The notes below the pieces were generated by a model. It had not been told where the DNA came from and searched no databases. It worked only from the letters and a program-made list of their open reading frames with translations. A stretch of DNA of 64,000 nt, taken from assembly GCA_050253415.1 (NCBI GenBank), contig JBFWJC010000002.1, forward strand, positions 640,725-704,724, read 5' to 3'. Positions 18,501 to 27,940 of the stretch are shown here, piece by piece. Source of the stretch: Pedobacter sp. Lineage in GTDB: Bacteria > Desulfobacterota > Desulfuromonadia > Desulfuromonadales > Syntrophotaleaceae. A program made the position numbers and the translations under genes. Position 1 is the stretch's first letter. Every line of letters starts with the position of its first letter.

Positions 18501-19783
18501 GCCTGGCCATCCTGAAGCATGTGCAAGGCCTCCCGAATTGTTTCGACTTCACGAATACGGACCGATGGGAAAAGGTTCCGGATCGCAGGTATGGTATTGC
18601 TACCGGTTACGAATACCGCCGTTTTGTCTTCGATATCGGCGAGGTTTTGAATGCCGTGTTCATCTTCGCGGATGAACATGAATTCCTTGGCCTGGGTATA
18701 GATGTCGGTAAAAAGGAATCGCTGCTCGTTTGTTTGATCCAAATAGATGGCTGGCAGCAGTTCGATTTTTCCTGCGGCCAACTGGTGTTGTAGTTCGGCC
18801 CAGGTTCCGTTGGCGTTGTAGTCAAAGCGCAGACCGGTTTTCTTTGCGATAAGTTGCAGATAGTCGTTGGCAATCCCTTGATATATGCCGTTTTTCTTGA
18901 AATCGTAGGGAGGCCAGTCGGACCCCGTGCCGACTTTGACGACGGGGTGCCGGCGAAGCCATTCTTTTTCCTGGAAGGTCAGGGGTACGGCCGGGGATAG
19001 GTCTTCGGAAAAGTAGGCAACCCATTGTTTTCGAATCCGTCGGTGGGTATCTTCATCAATGCTCCGCAGAGCTTTTTGCACCAGTCGATACAGGATCGGA
19101 TTGTTCTTGTTTACCGCAAAACCAAATCCCGGTTTTTCATCCGGAATCTTGAAAGCGATTTTGGCATTGGTGATGATGTTCTTTTCCAGAAAGTAATTGC
19201 CAACCGCCATGTTCCCCAGGTAGGCATCGACTTGTCCCATTGCCAGCAGATCAATGGCTTCTTCGTTGGAGCGGGTTAAATGGAGGCGGATCGCGGGGTA
19301 ATTGTTTTGCAGGTAATCTTGCAGGAAATTGCCTTGCGGTAATGCGACGGTTTTCCCATAGAGATCCGACAGGGTTCGTGTGGATGTGTCATTCTTGGCA
19401 ACAAAAACCGCCACATCGATATAAATATACGGATCGGAAAAGAAAAGGTAGGTTTCCCGCTGGGGAGTTCTGGCCGCGCAGGCCAGCATGGCGATGGCAT
19501 CGGTTTTTGACAACTCCAGGACGGTATTCCAGTCGTCGGGATAAATCTTTACCGACAGGCCCAGTCGTTTGCTTATCTCGTCAAGGTAGTTCGACGCGAT
19601 CCCCTGGTGTCCCTTGCTCGGATCAAAGTAATCAAAGGGCGGCCAATTTCGGTCTATCCCTACATGTACTATAGGATTTTTTTGTAGGTAGGTCTGCTCT
19701 TCCGGGGTGAGTTGAAGCGGTGGGGCACTGTAGGCATAAGAAAATACCAAGGTCAAAAGTAACGCTATAAAGAGCGGTTTCAT
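15566..19783 (-). CDS. Hybrid sensor histidine kinase: three periplasmic solute-binding domains, TM, PAS, HisKA/HATPase, receiver
   Basis: Three LT.EE..(W/Y) / PP(F/Y)D-type repeats, FLANMSHEIRTPMN, NLIGNAIKFT, GGTGLGLAI, MDLRMPVMNG. Confidence 0.93.
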   Translation of the reverse strand: MKPLFIALLLTLVFSYAYSAPPLQLTPEEQTYLQKNPIVHVGIDRNWPPFDYFDPSKGHQGIASNYLDEISKRLGLSVKIYPDDWNTVLELSKTDAIAMLACAARTPQRETYLFFSDPYIYIDVAVFVAKNDTSTRTLSDLYGKTVALPQGNFLQDYLQNNYPAIRLHLTRSNEEAIDLLAMGQVDAYLGNMAVGNYFLEKNIITNAKIAFKIPDEKPGFGFAVNKNNPILYRLVQKALRSIDEDTHRRIRKQWVAYFSEDLSPAVPLTFQEKEWLRRHPVVKVGTGSDWPPYDFKKNGIYQGIANDYLQLIAKKTGLRFDYNANGTWAELQHQLAAGKIELLPAIYLDQTNEQRFLFTDIYTQAKEFMFIREDEHGIQNLADIEDKTAVFVTGSNTIPAIRNLFPSVRIREVETIREALHMLQDGQADFYIDTFGAVGHVSNQSGLAGIKAAFPVKLVATGLRMATNADNRVLLAMLQKALKAITQEEKDAIDRKWLGNSPDSKHKQVLLTETEKAWIKAHPEITIAGDPNREPVSFFTKDEEYAGIISDYLRLIHERTGLRFSAQHLSSYVDAIEALTQQKIDMLDATGYSFERRNFMDFSQQHIRIDNVIVGSDKSPVISRVTELSEKTVGVVQGDITETLLQRDVPDIRLRAFANAESGLKALSMGKLDAFIVDLPTLDFVSEKLGLSNLKVSGGTPYSFPLHFGFRKNQPVLRSIINKALASIDLTERREIYRRWVKFEYEATVDYTLLWQIAGVLLLIIVGTLYWNRRLSQEIRKRIRIEKELKRLHLSLEFTPVSVVMTDDKGRIEYANNAFYEITGFAQDEIIGRNINMFACSANDENLYTNMWQDILRGKTWQAELQFEKKCRKLFWISMVVTPVLNDDATATGFIWVCEDISRRKAAEQELLLAKNAAEQATRAKSEFLANMSHEIRTPMNSVIGFTDLLDDLIEDPLQKSYLRSIKVGGKALLGIINDILDLSKIEAGQLKLEYESINPHLLFGEMEQLFQAKIRQKNLRFIIEIDSKIPDYLILDGIRLRQILFNLIGNAIKFTEKGSITLGVKKVYKDAEQSKLDLVLQIADTGMGIPQKNLDRIFQVFEQQEGQDVRKYGGTGLGLAICKKLVDMMNGEITVTSKVGEGSVFSVTLHDIAVSSVATHNQDATPETDIIFEPATVMVVDDIPDNRTLVKAAFSSTAVTVIEAAHGRDAIAQLQTTPVDLLLMDLRMPVMNGYEATREIRQDEAFRHLPIVALTASVLVDDLSKIENFGFNGYIQKPVEKKQLLRTLSEFLPCTQKAPDDNDLKSMSLTETEEVRAAIAARMENDLFRLWQAVRDKGDIQLIQGFCHELTQLADAHNSTFLKQYTDKLSTCVENFDIGEIYELMFQYPDLIQRIKQTEAQTNV

Positions 19784-20139
19784 ATACTTTCATTCCCCGG
19801 TTTCAGTGTGCCTGTTATTGCAAAGACAATCTGCCGCTTCTGACCACCCATCTATCGAATTTTTTTAAAATCTTCCTACCGGCTTGGCTCCAATCGGTCG
19901 GTTCGGTTTTTTTGATGCGGAATGGTTACGTTGCTGAAATGGCTACGGACAATAAAAAGATAGTAATTTTAATAAAATACCTAGAATGAACGGGCCCTGT
20001 CAATGTTAACTTTTGTAAATGCGGCCTGCATTTGCTCATAGTATAGCGATCAAGAATGCAAGGTCGAGGCGGGGAATAAGAGATTAATTGTATTCAACGG
20101 GGAAAGGATCTCTTGTTTTTGCCTGATCCGTTTTCAGAA

Positions 20140-20170
20140 GCCGGCCCCGGAAACAATATCCGGGGCCGGC
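20140..20170 (-). terminator. GC-rich hairpin downstream of the autotransporter
   Basis: GCCGGCCCCGGA...TCCGGGGCCGGC 12-bp stem; weak U-tract. Confidence 0.6.
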
Positions 20171-20197
20171 GGGTTGAATGCGAGGTAGAGTAGTCTA

Positions 20198-23100
20198 TCA
20201 GAACAGGTAACGGAACCTGATCCAGCTGCTATGCATAGTTGTGTCGTCGCCGAATTCACCGCCATACGCCAGCTCGGTAGCCAGCTGTTCTTTGCGGAAT
20301 CGTACCGAGGCGGAGATTGTGCCGGTTACGTCGTCCTGCTCCGACTTCACCGTCACCGGACCACTGCCCGCCACCGACTGGTTTACATCAAGCTCGTCGT
20401 CGGTCACCAGGTAGCGTATTCCAGCCGCCAACGACGGCGTTACTTCCACATTGCCGGCTTGCAGACGGGTCAGCCAGCGCAGCGATGCCAGAAAGTTAAC
20501 CTGATGCTCATCCATCGAGTCGCTGTGCAGATCCCAGTTGGAATCATCGGCGTCGGTGGTGAAGCTGTCGCGGTGCAACCACAGGTACTCCACACCGACT
20601 TCCGGCAGCAAAATCTGTCCGTTGTGTTCGAACAGGTGCCCGCCCAGCAAGGAGGTGCGGACCCCGTAGCTGTCGTAATCGGCGCTCTCTTGCTGCTCCA
20701 GGCTTACACCGGTCAAGCCTTCGTAGTCGTGCCAGCCGTAAAAGCCGGTAACTTGGGCGCGCCAGGTCCAGTCGTTTTGTCCGCCCATCAGGTGAACCCC
20801 GGCCGAAAGCACTTCCTGGTCTTCCCGGTTTTCGCTGTAGCCGGTACCGGTATAGTCGATGCCGGCATGTCCGAAGCCGAGATGGAAACCGTACAGGTTG
20901 CCGCGTGACTCCCGCTCGATGCCGGTCATGAAACCGACCAGATCGGCATCATACCCTGCCGGAGCGGCGTCTTTTTCGATGTTGGTATAATACGGCGTGA
21001 AGAAGAATCCCCCGCTCTCCACCTTGCCGGGTTGCGCTCCTGCATCGCTGGCTACCGTCTGGGCTGCAGCGTAGTGGCGGGGCGCATGGGCGGCCAGTCG
21101 GGACTGCAAGAAGCCGGTTGCCAAGCGCTGGCCGACCAGATTGGCGGATATGTTTACGGTGTTGCCTAACAGTCCGACACCTTCGAGTTGCGGCGAAGCG
21201 CCAGGCCGATAGGCCAGGGAGACCGTATCGTCGGCGCTGTCGTCGTTGCCCTGATCGTGGTACAGAGCCACCACGTCGGGGTTGATCGGGGAAGCGAGTC
21301 CGCTGAAAGTGCCGCTGACAAGCCCGCCGTCGCTGGTATCGAAAATCTGGTATGGGGTGTTTACCTGGGTGGTGCCGTTTATCATGGTCACACTGAGCAG
21401 AGCACCGTTCAGATTGAGTTCGGCATCTTCGCCCACATACAGGGAACCGACCGTCGGATCGCCGTCCAGGGTGAGATTGTAGTTGTTCAGCAGAGTCACG
21501 GTGCCGGCGTTGATATAGACTTCATAAACTGCGCTATCGGCAAAGGCCCGGATGATGCCGGTATTGGTCAGACTGCCGCTTTCAGCAAAATAAATGCCGG
21601 CGGCCGAAGACTCGTAAGCTTCGCCGGCCGTGGCGTTAACGGTGATGTCGGCACTGTTGGTGATAAAGGCTGTTCCCTTATTTACATAGATGCCGGCTGC
21701 ATCGGCATCGGCCGTCGATCCTTCGGCTGTTGCGGTGCCGCCATTGGCGGTGACGACAATGGCACCGCTGTTCATCAGATCGCCGGCGGTAACGATTCCG
21801 GCCGCATTCGCTTTAGCCGAGGAATTGGGACCGTTGGCCGTCCCCCCCGTGGCTGTTACGGTAATGGCGCCGCTGTTGGTCAGATCAGTGGTAGTTAGAA
21901 TGCCGATCGCTTCACCATATACCGAAGAGTTCGCACCTTCGGCAGTGCCCCCGATGGCCGTTATGCTGATGGCGCCGCTGTTGGTCATCTCATCGCTGGT
22001 TCGGATACCGTAAGCCCTTGCATTGACGACACTGCTTCCCGTTCCGTCGGTTGTCCCTCCCTCCGCCGTTACCGTAATCGCGGCTCTGTTGAGACCACCG
22101 CCATCCGACCATAGGCCGTAGGCGACGGCGATTGCATTCAATTCCGCGTCCGAATCGGAGGTGCCGTGGCCTCCTTCAGCCAGCACCGTAATCGTACCAT
22201 CGTTGGTCGCGGATAAATAGGTATGGACACCATAGGCATAAGCCTCGGCAACGGCATAGCTGCTGTCGGAGGAAGACGCCCCGCCCTCGGCGATCACCGA
22301 GATGGCGCCGCTGTTAACCATGCCTTCCGCCTCGATGCCAACTGCGCGGGCACTTGCATACGCATATTCGCTGGCGATGGCATCGCCGCCATGGGAGGTT
22401 ACGATGATAGCTCCGCTGTTGGTTACATCACCCCTGGAAGAAATGCCTGTTGCATTGCTGTGGGCTCGCGCCTCGGGATCCTCGAACCCCTCTCCGCCTA
22501 GACTGTCGGTGACAGCGTTGCCACCTGTGGCATTCACCCTGAGCTCACCGCTGTTGGTCACCGCTGTTTCCGATCTAATCGCCACAGCTTTGGCACTGGC
22601 ATCCGCGATATCAAACATTTGGTCATCAAGCGGGTTAGTGGCGCTGGCGGTTCCGCCTTCTGCAATTGTCTGGACTTGTCCGTCGTTGACAATCGCACCC
22701 TCGGCCAGCATGCCAGCTGCCTCGGCAGCGGCAAACGCGTAGGTGCCGTCTGTAAATTCTCCGTCGGTTATGGCCTCACCGCCAAGAGCGCCAACCAAAA
22801 GGGTGCTGTTGTTGTCGATCGCGCTACCGGTTTCGATGCCGACCGCTTTGGCACCGGCCAAGACCGTAGAAGCTCCCCCAGCGGATTTGGCCATTGCCAC
22901 ACTCATAATTGTCGCGGTATTGGTCACGTCTCCTTCGGCACCGATCCCCAGGCTATGGACCGATGCGTCGCTGGTCCCGGTAATGAATACACCCTCCTCG
23001 GATGTAACCAAGGCTCCGCCATCCGGGGTCTCATTTATGATGCTTTCCATTGTGCCCCCTAAGGCGAGGACCCTAAGCGCCGCGCTATTGTCGACCGTAT

Positions 23101-23611
23101 CACCGGAATCGATTCCAACCGCACTCACCGTGCTGATGGCGGAGGCCTCCGTGTCGGCTTCGGCTGTAACCGACGCAGTCCCGCCGAAGGCAAAAACCAC
23201 GACCTCTTTGCTATTGTCCACGGCGCCTTCGGTAGCGATGCCGGCCGCCTCGATCGCGGCTGTGGTTTCTTCGGTGCTGGTGGCCTTACCACCGTTGGCA
23301 TTCAGCACGATACTGCCCTGGTTTTGGATGTCGACTGCGTTAAGTGAATAAAAGCCGTAAGTTGAAAAGGAGACATTGGCATACGCTTCGGAATCATCAC
23401 CTCTACTAATGACTGAATAGTTGTCCGTATTGATAAACGGAGACGTAAAATCGGATACATCCAGCCCGTAAACAAAAGCACCGTCGTGCAATTCCGTCTC
23501 TTCAATAGTAATTGCGGCTGCAAAAGACACGCACATGGTGCACGCCAAAGCCCCGATCAGACAGCTAGTAAGCCATATAACCCTCGTATTGACGCCCATA
23601 TAAATCATCAT
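20198..23611 (-). CDS. Autotransporter (type Va) with repetitive Ala/Gly/Thr-rich passenger
   Basis: Signal peptide; about 15 xTNSGAIxVxAxGG-type repeats; C-terminal alternating beta-barrel pattern ending IRFRYLF; AAGGAGG RBS. Confidence 0.88.
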   Translation of the reverse strand: MMIYMGVNTRVIWLTSCLIGALACTMCVSFAAAITIEETELHDGAFVYGLDVSDFTSPFINTDNYSVISRGDDSEAYANVSFSTYGFYSLNAVDIQNQGSIVLNANGGKATSTEETTAAIEAAGIATEGAVDNSKEVVVFAFGGTASVTAEADTEASAISTVSAVGIDSGDTVDNSAALRVLALGGTMESIINETPDGGALVTSEEGVFITGTSDASVHSLGIGAEGDVTNTATIMSVAMAKSAGGASTVLAGAKAVGIETGSAIDNNSTLLVGALGGEAITDGEFTDGTYAFAAAEAAGMLAEGAIVNDGQVQTIAEGGTASATNPLDDQMFDIADASAKAVAIRSETAVTNSGELRVNATGGNAVTDSLGGEGFEDPEARAHSNATGISSRGDVTNSGAIIVTSHGGDAIASEYAYASARAVGIEAEGMVNSGAISVIAEGGASSSDSSYAVAEAYAYGVHTYLSATNDGTITVLAEGGHGTSDSDAELNAIAVAYGLWSDGGGLNRAAITVTAEGGTTDGTGSSVVNARAYGIRTSDEMTNSGAISITAIGGTAEGANSSVYGEAIGILTTTDLTNSGAITVTATGGTANGPNSSAKANAAGIVTAGDLMNSGAIVVTANGGTATAEGSTADADAAGIYVNKGTAFITNSADITVNATAGEAYESSAAGIYFAESGSLTNTGIIRAFADSAVYEVYINAGTVTLLNNYNLTLDGDPTVGSLYVGEDAELNLNGALLSVTMINGTTQVNTPYQIFDTSDGGLVSGTFSGLASPINPDVVALYHDQGNDDSADDTVSLAYRPGASPQLEGVGLLGNTVNISANLVGQRLATGFLQSRLAAHAPRHYAAAQTVASDAGAQPGKVESGGFFFTPYYTNIEKDAAPAGYDADLVGFMTGIERESRGNLYGFHLGFGHAGIDYTGTGYSENREDQEVLSAGVHLMGGQNDWTWRAQVTGFYGWHDYEGLTGVSLEQQESADYDSYGVRTSLLGGHLFEHNGQILLPEVGVEYLWLHRDSFTTDADDSNWDLHSDSMDEHQVNFLASLRWLTRLQAGNVEVTPSLAAGIRYLVTDDELDVNQSVAGSGPVTVKSEQDDVTGTISASVRFRKEQLATELAYGGEFGDDTTMHSSWIRFRYLF

Positions 23612-24304
23612 ACCTCCTTGTGGTGGTTAATCTTGCCGTGCCTGGAAGGTTGTTTTGGGTTCCCTTGTCGCCCGGAATTTTAAAGATATGCGGCTGCTGT
23701 GTTCCGGACATTGTCCGCTATTTATAGACTCGCGTTGGCAAATTGACAGCATTCGTTGCCAAATATTTTTAAAATATATGAAAAATTTCATTGGATAATT
23801 TAGTATACAGAAAATTACTTAAATATCTATAAGCTCTTAGCGTTGTAGGTCGACTAGCAAATCGTTTGAAATTTTACGGCCTATCAGATCCAAACCTCTG
23901 GTTGGTTTCGTTCGCTGGAATCAACAAGATTATGAAAAAAACCCGAATGGTTATACGCAAAAAGGAGATCTTTGTAATTGGTGTCAAAAACCATCAGCAT
24001 CAGAGGCAGGCGAATTGTTAGGTGTATTGCAGGTGTGCAGAACGAGCGTCTGCCTGTTGCGTTATCAGTTATGGTCTGGTCGGTTTGGTCGGAAAGGCAC
24101 TGGGGATTTTTCCCTGGAAACGTGGCGTCTGGATATAAATATCGCCCTGGCTTTAGTGCTGCTGGTTCTGATGTGGTTATAGTGGCCGATTCGAAGGGGC
24201 ACACCCGTCTCCTTTGCTTGGTAACGCGGGGGCAACCTGCTTTGTGCATCAAGATGGGGGCTGGCGGCGGATACGACAGGGCATCCGCTGTTGCTGCATA
24301 AAGT

Positions 24305-26182
24305 TCAGGAACAATCAGGTTTAAGCCTGGAGAGAGCCTTGGCATGAAACGGTGACTCGGGGAAGGTGTCGATAAACTTCCGGTAGTAATGCGTGGCAAT
24401 GTCGAGCTTGCCGATCAATTCCATCTGTCGGGCACACTGAATCATGGCTTTTTCCCGGATATCGGGCGGGGTACCCGGGTCGTCCGCCAAAAGCTCCAGG
24501 CAGCGCGCGGCCCATTCGTAATCTTTCTGCTGGTGATAATAGGCGGCAATACGGAACTGGGTTTCCGGGTTGCCGCCTTTGAGGTAACGCGCATAATATT
24601 CCTTGAACGTGGACGCCACCTCTTTCATCCGCGTCTTGCTTAAAAGATCCATGCCTTTTCGATACAGGCCCTCCCCTTCTGCATTGGCTTCGGATTTGGA
24701 TAGCAGCCGCGCCAGCAGGATCATGGTGTCGCCGTTGTCGGGATTCTTGTTCAAGGCGAGTCGAAGCGACTCTTCCGCTTGATAAAGATCACCCCCCTTG
24801 CTCAGCGCCTGACTGCCGATCTCCTGATGGCGTTCTTCAACCGCCTCTTCCCCCAATTTGAACAACATGCCGAGAAGAATGCCGCAGACCATGCCGCCGA
24901 TATGCGCCCAGTGGCCGATGTTGGATGTGTCCGTTCCGGTTACCTGACCTATGCCCCCGGAGAGATCCGCCAGAAAGAACAAGCCGATTATGACCAGCGA
25001 GTTGAGCCGGATCTTGAGGCTGATCGGCAGGATCAGGGAGAAAATTCCCAGGATCGGCAACGGGAAGACCATGCTTTTGAAATAACAGCGCACGGCGAAC
25101 AAACCCATGACTCCGGAGATGGCTCCGGATGCTCCCAGGCCATGCACTGGGGTATGGAAGAAAGCCCAGTATACGGTCGCGGACAAAAGGCTGGCGGCAA
25201 TTCCGGCAACCAGGTAAAAGGCCAGGAACTTTTTCCCTCCGATGCGCTTCTCCACGACGGTGCCGATGGCCCAGAGGAACAGCATGTTGCCCCACAGGTG
25301 CATGCCGCCGGCATGCAGGAACATCGACGTGAAAAGGCTTAGTGGTACATTCACGAGATTCGGCGCATGGGGCAAAAACAGCAGGTTGTTTAAAATGAAA
25401 TCCTCATTCACATTCAGCTCGAATCCGTAGAAAATCAGCACGTTGATGAAAATAAGGCTGTAAGTTATCTTGGCGACACCTTCTTTCTGGCGTTCTCCCT
25501 CTGTGTACATGACAGGCATGAAAGTAATGTGTTGGGCCAGGACTTCGGTGGGCGGTCGATCGGTTGCCGCTGCCTCCATGCGGACATAGATGAGAAACAG
25601 CACCGGGAACAGCAGGATGAACAGTGCAAGCAAACCGCTTAAATATTTTGTGATGAAAATGATGCATCCAATGACGACGAAGGCTTTGAGAATGAAGGCC
25701 TGTTCCTGGTGGCTCGTAAAGTAAGCTCCCATCCGTTCCATGAATCCGGATTCGGTTTCCGCAGCAGAAGACGAAGGGCAGGGGATTTCTCCTCTTTCGA
25801 TGGCGGCTTTGCGCTCCTGCGCCTGGTGGAACTTGGCAAACACAATCCCGCAATGCATGCACGTCAACCCGGTGGGTTGTTGTTGGCCGCATTTGGGGCA
25901 AGCCAATACGTCGGGCGACGTTTCGTCTTCCGGTTCAATTGTTGCGATCGAAATATCCTCGATTACGCAAACGGCTCCGGTCTGATCCAGCGCCGCTTTG
26001 TATCGTTGGGCTGATTCATGGGAGAGATTATTTTTGAGAATGGCAGGCGTTCCAGAGAAAAGATGGTCAAGGGTCCTGTCGTCATATTTGCACAGACGTT
26101 TGAGGTTGGCGCGGGTTTCCGCTCTGTTGAATCCATAGGCGATGTCCCCACTAAAGACGATACGATATGTCTTTTCTTCCAT
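24305..26182 (-). CDS. Rhomboid intramembrane serine protease with N-terminal zinc-ribbon region and C-terminal TPR-like domain
   Basis: SMFLHAG..HLWGNM, GASG catalytic Ser, HWAHIGG catalytic His; CPKC...CMHC; helical C-terminus; GGAGGAG RBS. Confidence 0.88.
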   Translation of the reverse strand: MEEKTYRIVFSGDIAYGFNRAETRANLKRLCKYDDRTLDHLFSGTPAILKNNLSHESAQRYKAALDQTGAVCVIEDISIATIEPEDETSPDVLACPKCGQQQPTGLTCMHCGIVFAKFHQAQERKAAIERGEIPCPSSSAAETESGFMERMGAYFTSHQEQAFILKAFVVIGCIIFITKYLSGLLALFILLFPVLFLIYVRMEAAATDRPPTEVLAQHITFMPVMYTEGERQKEGVAKITYSLIFINVLIFYGFELNVNEDFILNNLLFLPHAPNLVNVPLSLFTSMFLHAGGMHLWGNMLFLWAIGTVVEKRIGGKKFLAFYLVAGIAASLLSATVYWAFFHTPVHGLGASGAISGVMGLFAVRCYFKSMVFPLPILGIFSLILPISLKIRLNSLVIIGLFFLADLSGGIGQVTGTDTSNIGHWAHIGGMVCGILLGMLFKLGEEAVEERHQEIGSQALSKGGDLYQAEESLRLALNKNPDNGDTMILLARLLSKSEANAEGEGLYRKGMDLLSKTRMKEVASTFKEYYARYLKGGNPETQFRIAAYYHQQKDYEWAARCLELLADDPGTPPDIREKAMIQCARQMELIGKLDIATHYYRKFIDTFPESPFHAKALSRLKPDCS

Positions 26183-26800
26183 GAGCTCTCCTCCCATATA
26201 GGTCAAGTGGTCACCCCTTGAACCGTGTAAATCCTCAATTAAAAATGTAACAATTGGTAGATAGTACAAAACAAATTAAAATATAACAACGTAAAATAGA
26301 GGTTTAGCGAAATCATACTTTGAAAATTGGAGTGGACTGGTGAAGCTTGAGGGCATTTATGTTTGTGTTGATGGTCAGATGGGTATCAGGTGTCGCCTGG
26401 GATGTGCTGCAGGTTGCGTTGTGAGGTAGTTGTATTTAAAGCGATGGTGGGAGAGAGCACAGGGGCAAGGCAACTTGGTGTTATGCCCTTGAATCTGCGC
26501 TTGAAAATCAATGGATATCTTCAGTCGTGGCCAGATGGATGTCGGTTCGCTTACGCTGATGTGGCGCTGTCGCTTGGTCCTCGGGTGAAGTACCGCCCGG
26601 ATCATGGCATTATCCTGCGAGGGGTCCGCATCCCAGCCCGGGCTTCCTGAAGATGCTGCCCGCAGTTTGCGAACGAGGCTCGTTCGGTGTTTTCGATAAT
26701 GCTCTGATTTTCAAAGTACCGATGTCTCCTTCCCTCTCCCCATGGATATGATTTCACTTACTTAGATGGTTTAGAGTGCTTTAGCTGTAATTTCAAATGG

Positions 26801-27697
26801 TTATCTCGGTACGACTGCAGGTTCCCCTAATGGAAAGGGTTGGCTACCTTGGTCGATCCGCCCTTGCCGCAACGGGTAGTCGGCCAGCCGGACGAAGCGG
26901 AACCCTCTTTTGCGCAACTCAGGCACGGCGGCCATGACCCCATTTGCCGTGCCGCTTTCCGGATGGTTCATGTGCAGGATGACGATGGATCCGGGAACTG
27001 AGGCCATGAGCGCTGCATTGACCTGTTGCTCGGTATAGGTGGCGCCTGCATCGCCGAGCACCGAGAAGCCGATCACCTGGTGCCCGAGCCGTTCGGCTAT
27101 CTGTACGGCCATCTCGTCGTAATAGGCGGTTCCGGAGCGGTAGTAAGTGGGCCTCTTACCCGTTAGTCGTTTGATTTTATCCGCATTTAAACCAATCTCG
27201 TCGATAAGGTCATCCAGGTTCCCGGTGCCCTTTATTCCGTAGATCGATCTGCCGTTGATCGAGGCCGGTTTGTGAAGGAAGCCGTGATTGGCGATGGTGA
27301 ACAGCGGGTTTTTAGCCAGCGCCATAAAATGTTTCGGATTACCATCTATCCAGCGAGCATTGATGAACAGCGTGGCCGGAATCTCTTCTTTTTCAAGATA
27401 GCGGATAAGCTCGCTATCAAAGCCCATCCCATGCAAGCTGCCGCAGGCGTCCAGAGTCAGGGCCACGACCTTTTCATCGGTATCCATACAGGTCTTTACC
27501 CCGGCTACCGTCTCGCTCCATGCCAGGGGGGATTGCTCGGCATAGGTGGCATTCAGTTTCCCCTTCAGGGCGCCGGATGACAAATAACGGGTATTGGGAA
27601 CGCAACCTCCCATGACAGCTATAGCCAGCGACAGGGCAAGGGCGCACCATCCATGGATGAACGGGTTTCTTAGAGCATGCGGTTTCATGGGGCTCAT
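26801..27697 (-). CDS. Polysaccharide deacetylase-family lipoprotein
   Basis: Lipobox-like MGGC, VALTLDAC, PATLF, NHG..H, GSIVILHMNHP. Confidence 0.8.
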   Translation of the reverse strand: MSPMKPHALRNPFIHGWCALALSLAIAVMGGCVPNTRYLSSGALKGKLNATYAEQSPLAWSETVAGVKTCMDTDEKVVALTLDACGSLHGMGFDSELIRYLEKEEIPATLFINARWIDGNPKHFMALAKNPLFTIANHGFLHKPASINGRSIYGIKGTGNLDDLIDEIGLNADKIKRLTGKRPTYYRSGTAYYDEMAVQIAERLGHQVIGFSVLGDAGATYTEQQVNAALMASVPGSIVILHMNHPESGTANGVMAAVPELRKRGFRFVRLADYPLRQGRIDQGSQPFPLGEPAVVPR

Positions 27698-27940
27698 TTA
27701 TCTGGAAAGTGAGTGTTTGGATAATAATTTTTGTACCCAGAGCCTGCCGCAATCGGGAACAGGTAAGGCTCGGTGGCAGCAAGTGCCAGGGTCAAGATTT
27801 TTTCCGGCGGTGCTCACCGGTATGGGCAGGTCCGACTGTAAGAGAAAACGGTTTGATGTGCAACGGGTGTTTAGTTCGGGAGGGCAGTCACGAATTTAAT
27901 CGGTTTTGCCATGCGCCACACGCGACCGGAAACTTACCGC

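Noticed and set aside
23736..23762. TTGGCAA...TTGCCAA inverted repeat as a sigma54 promoter for the autotransporter
   Set aside because: GG-to-GC spacing is wrong on the coding strand; it may still be an operator, but nothing else supports that.
23884..24399. Short ORFs between the autotransporter and rhomboid genes, and at 26375-26650
   Set aside because: No RBS or motif support; treated as intergenic.
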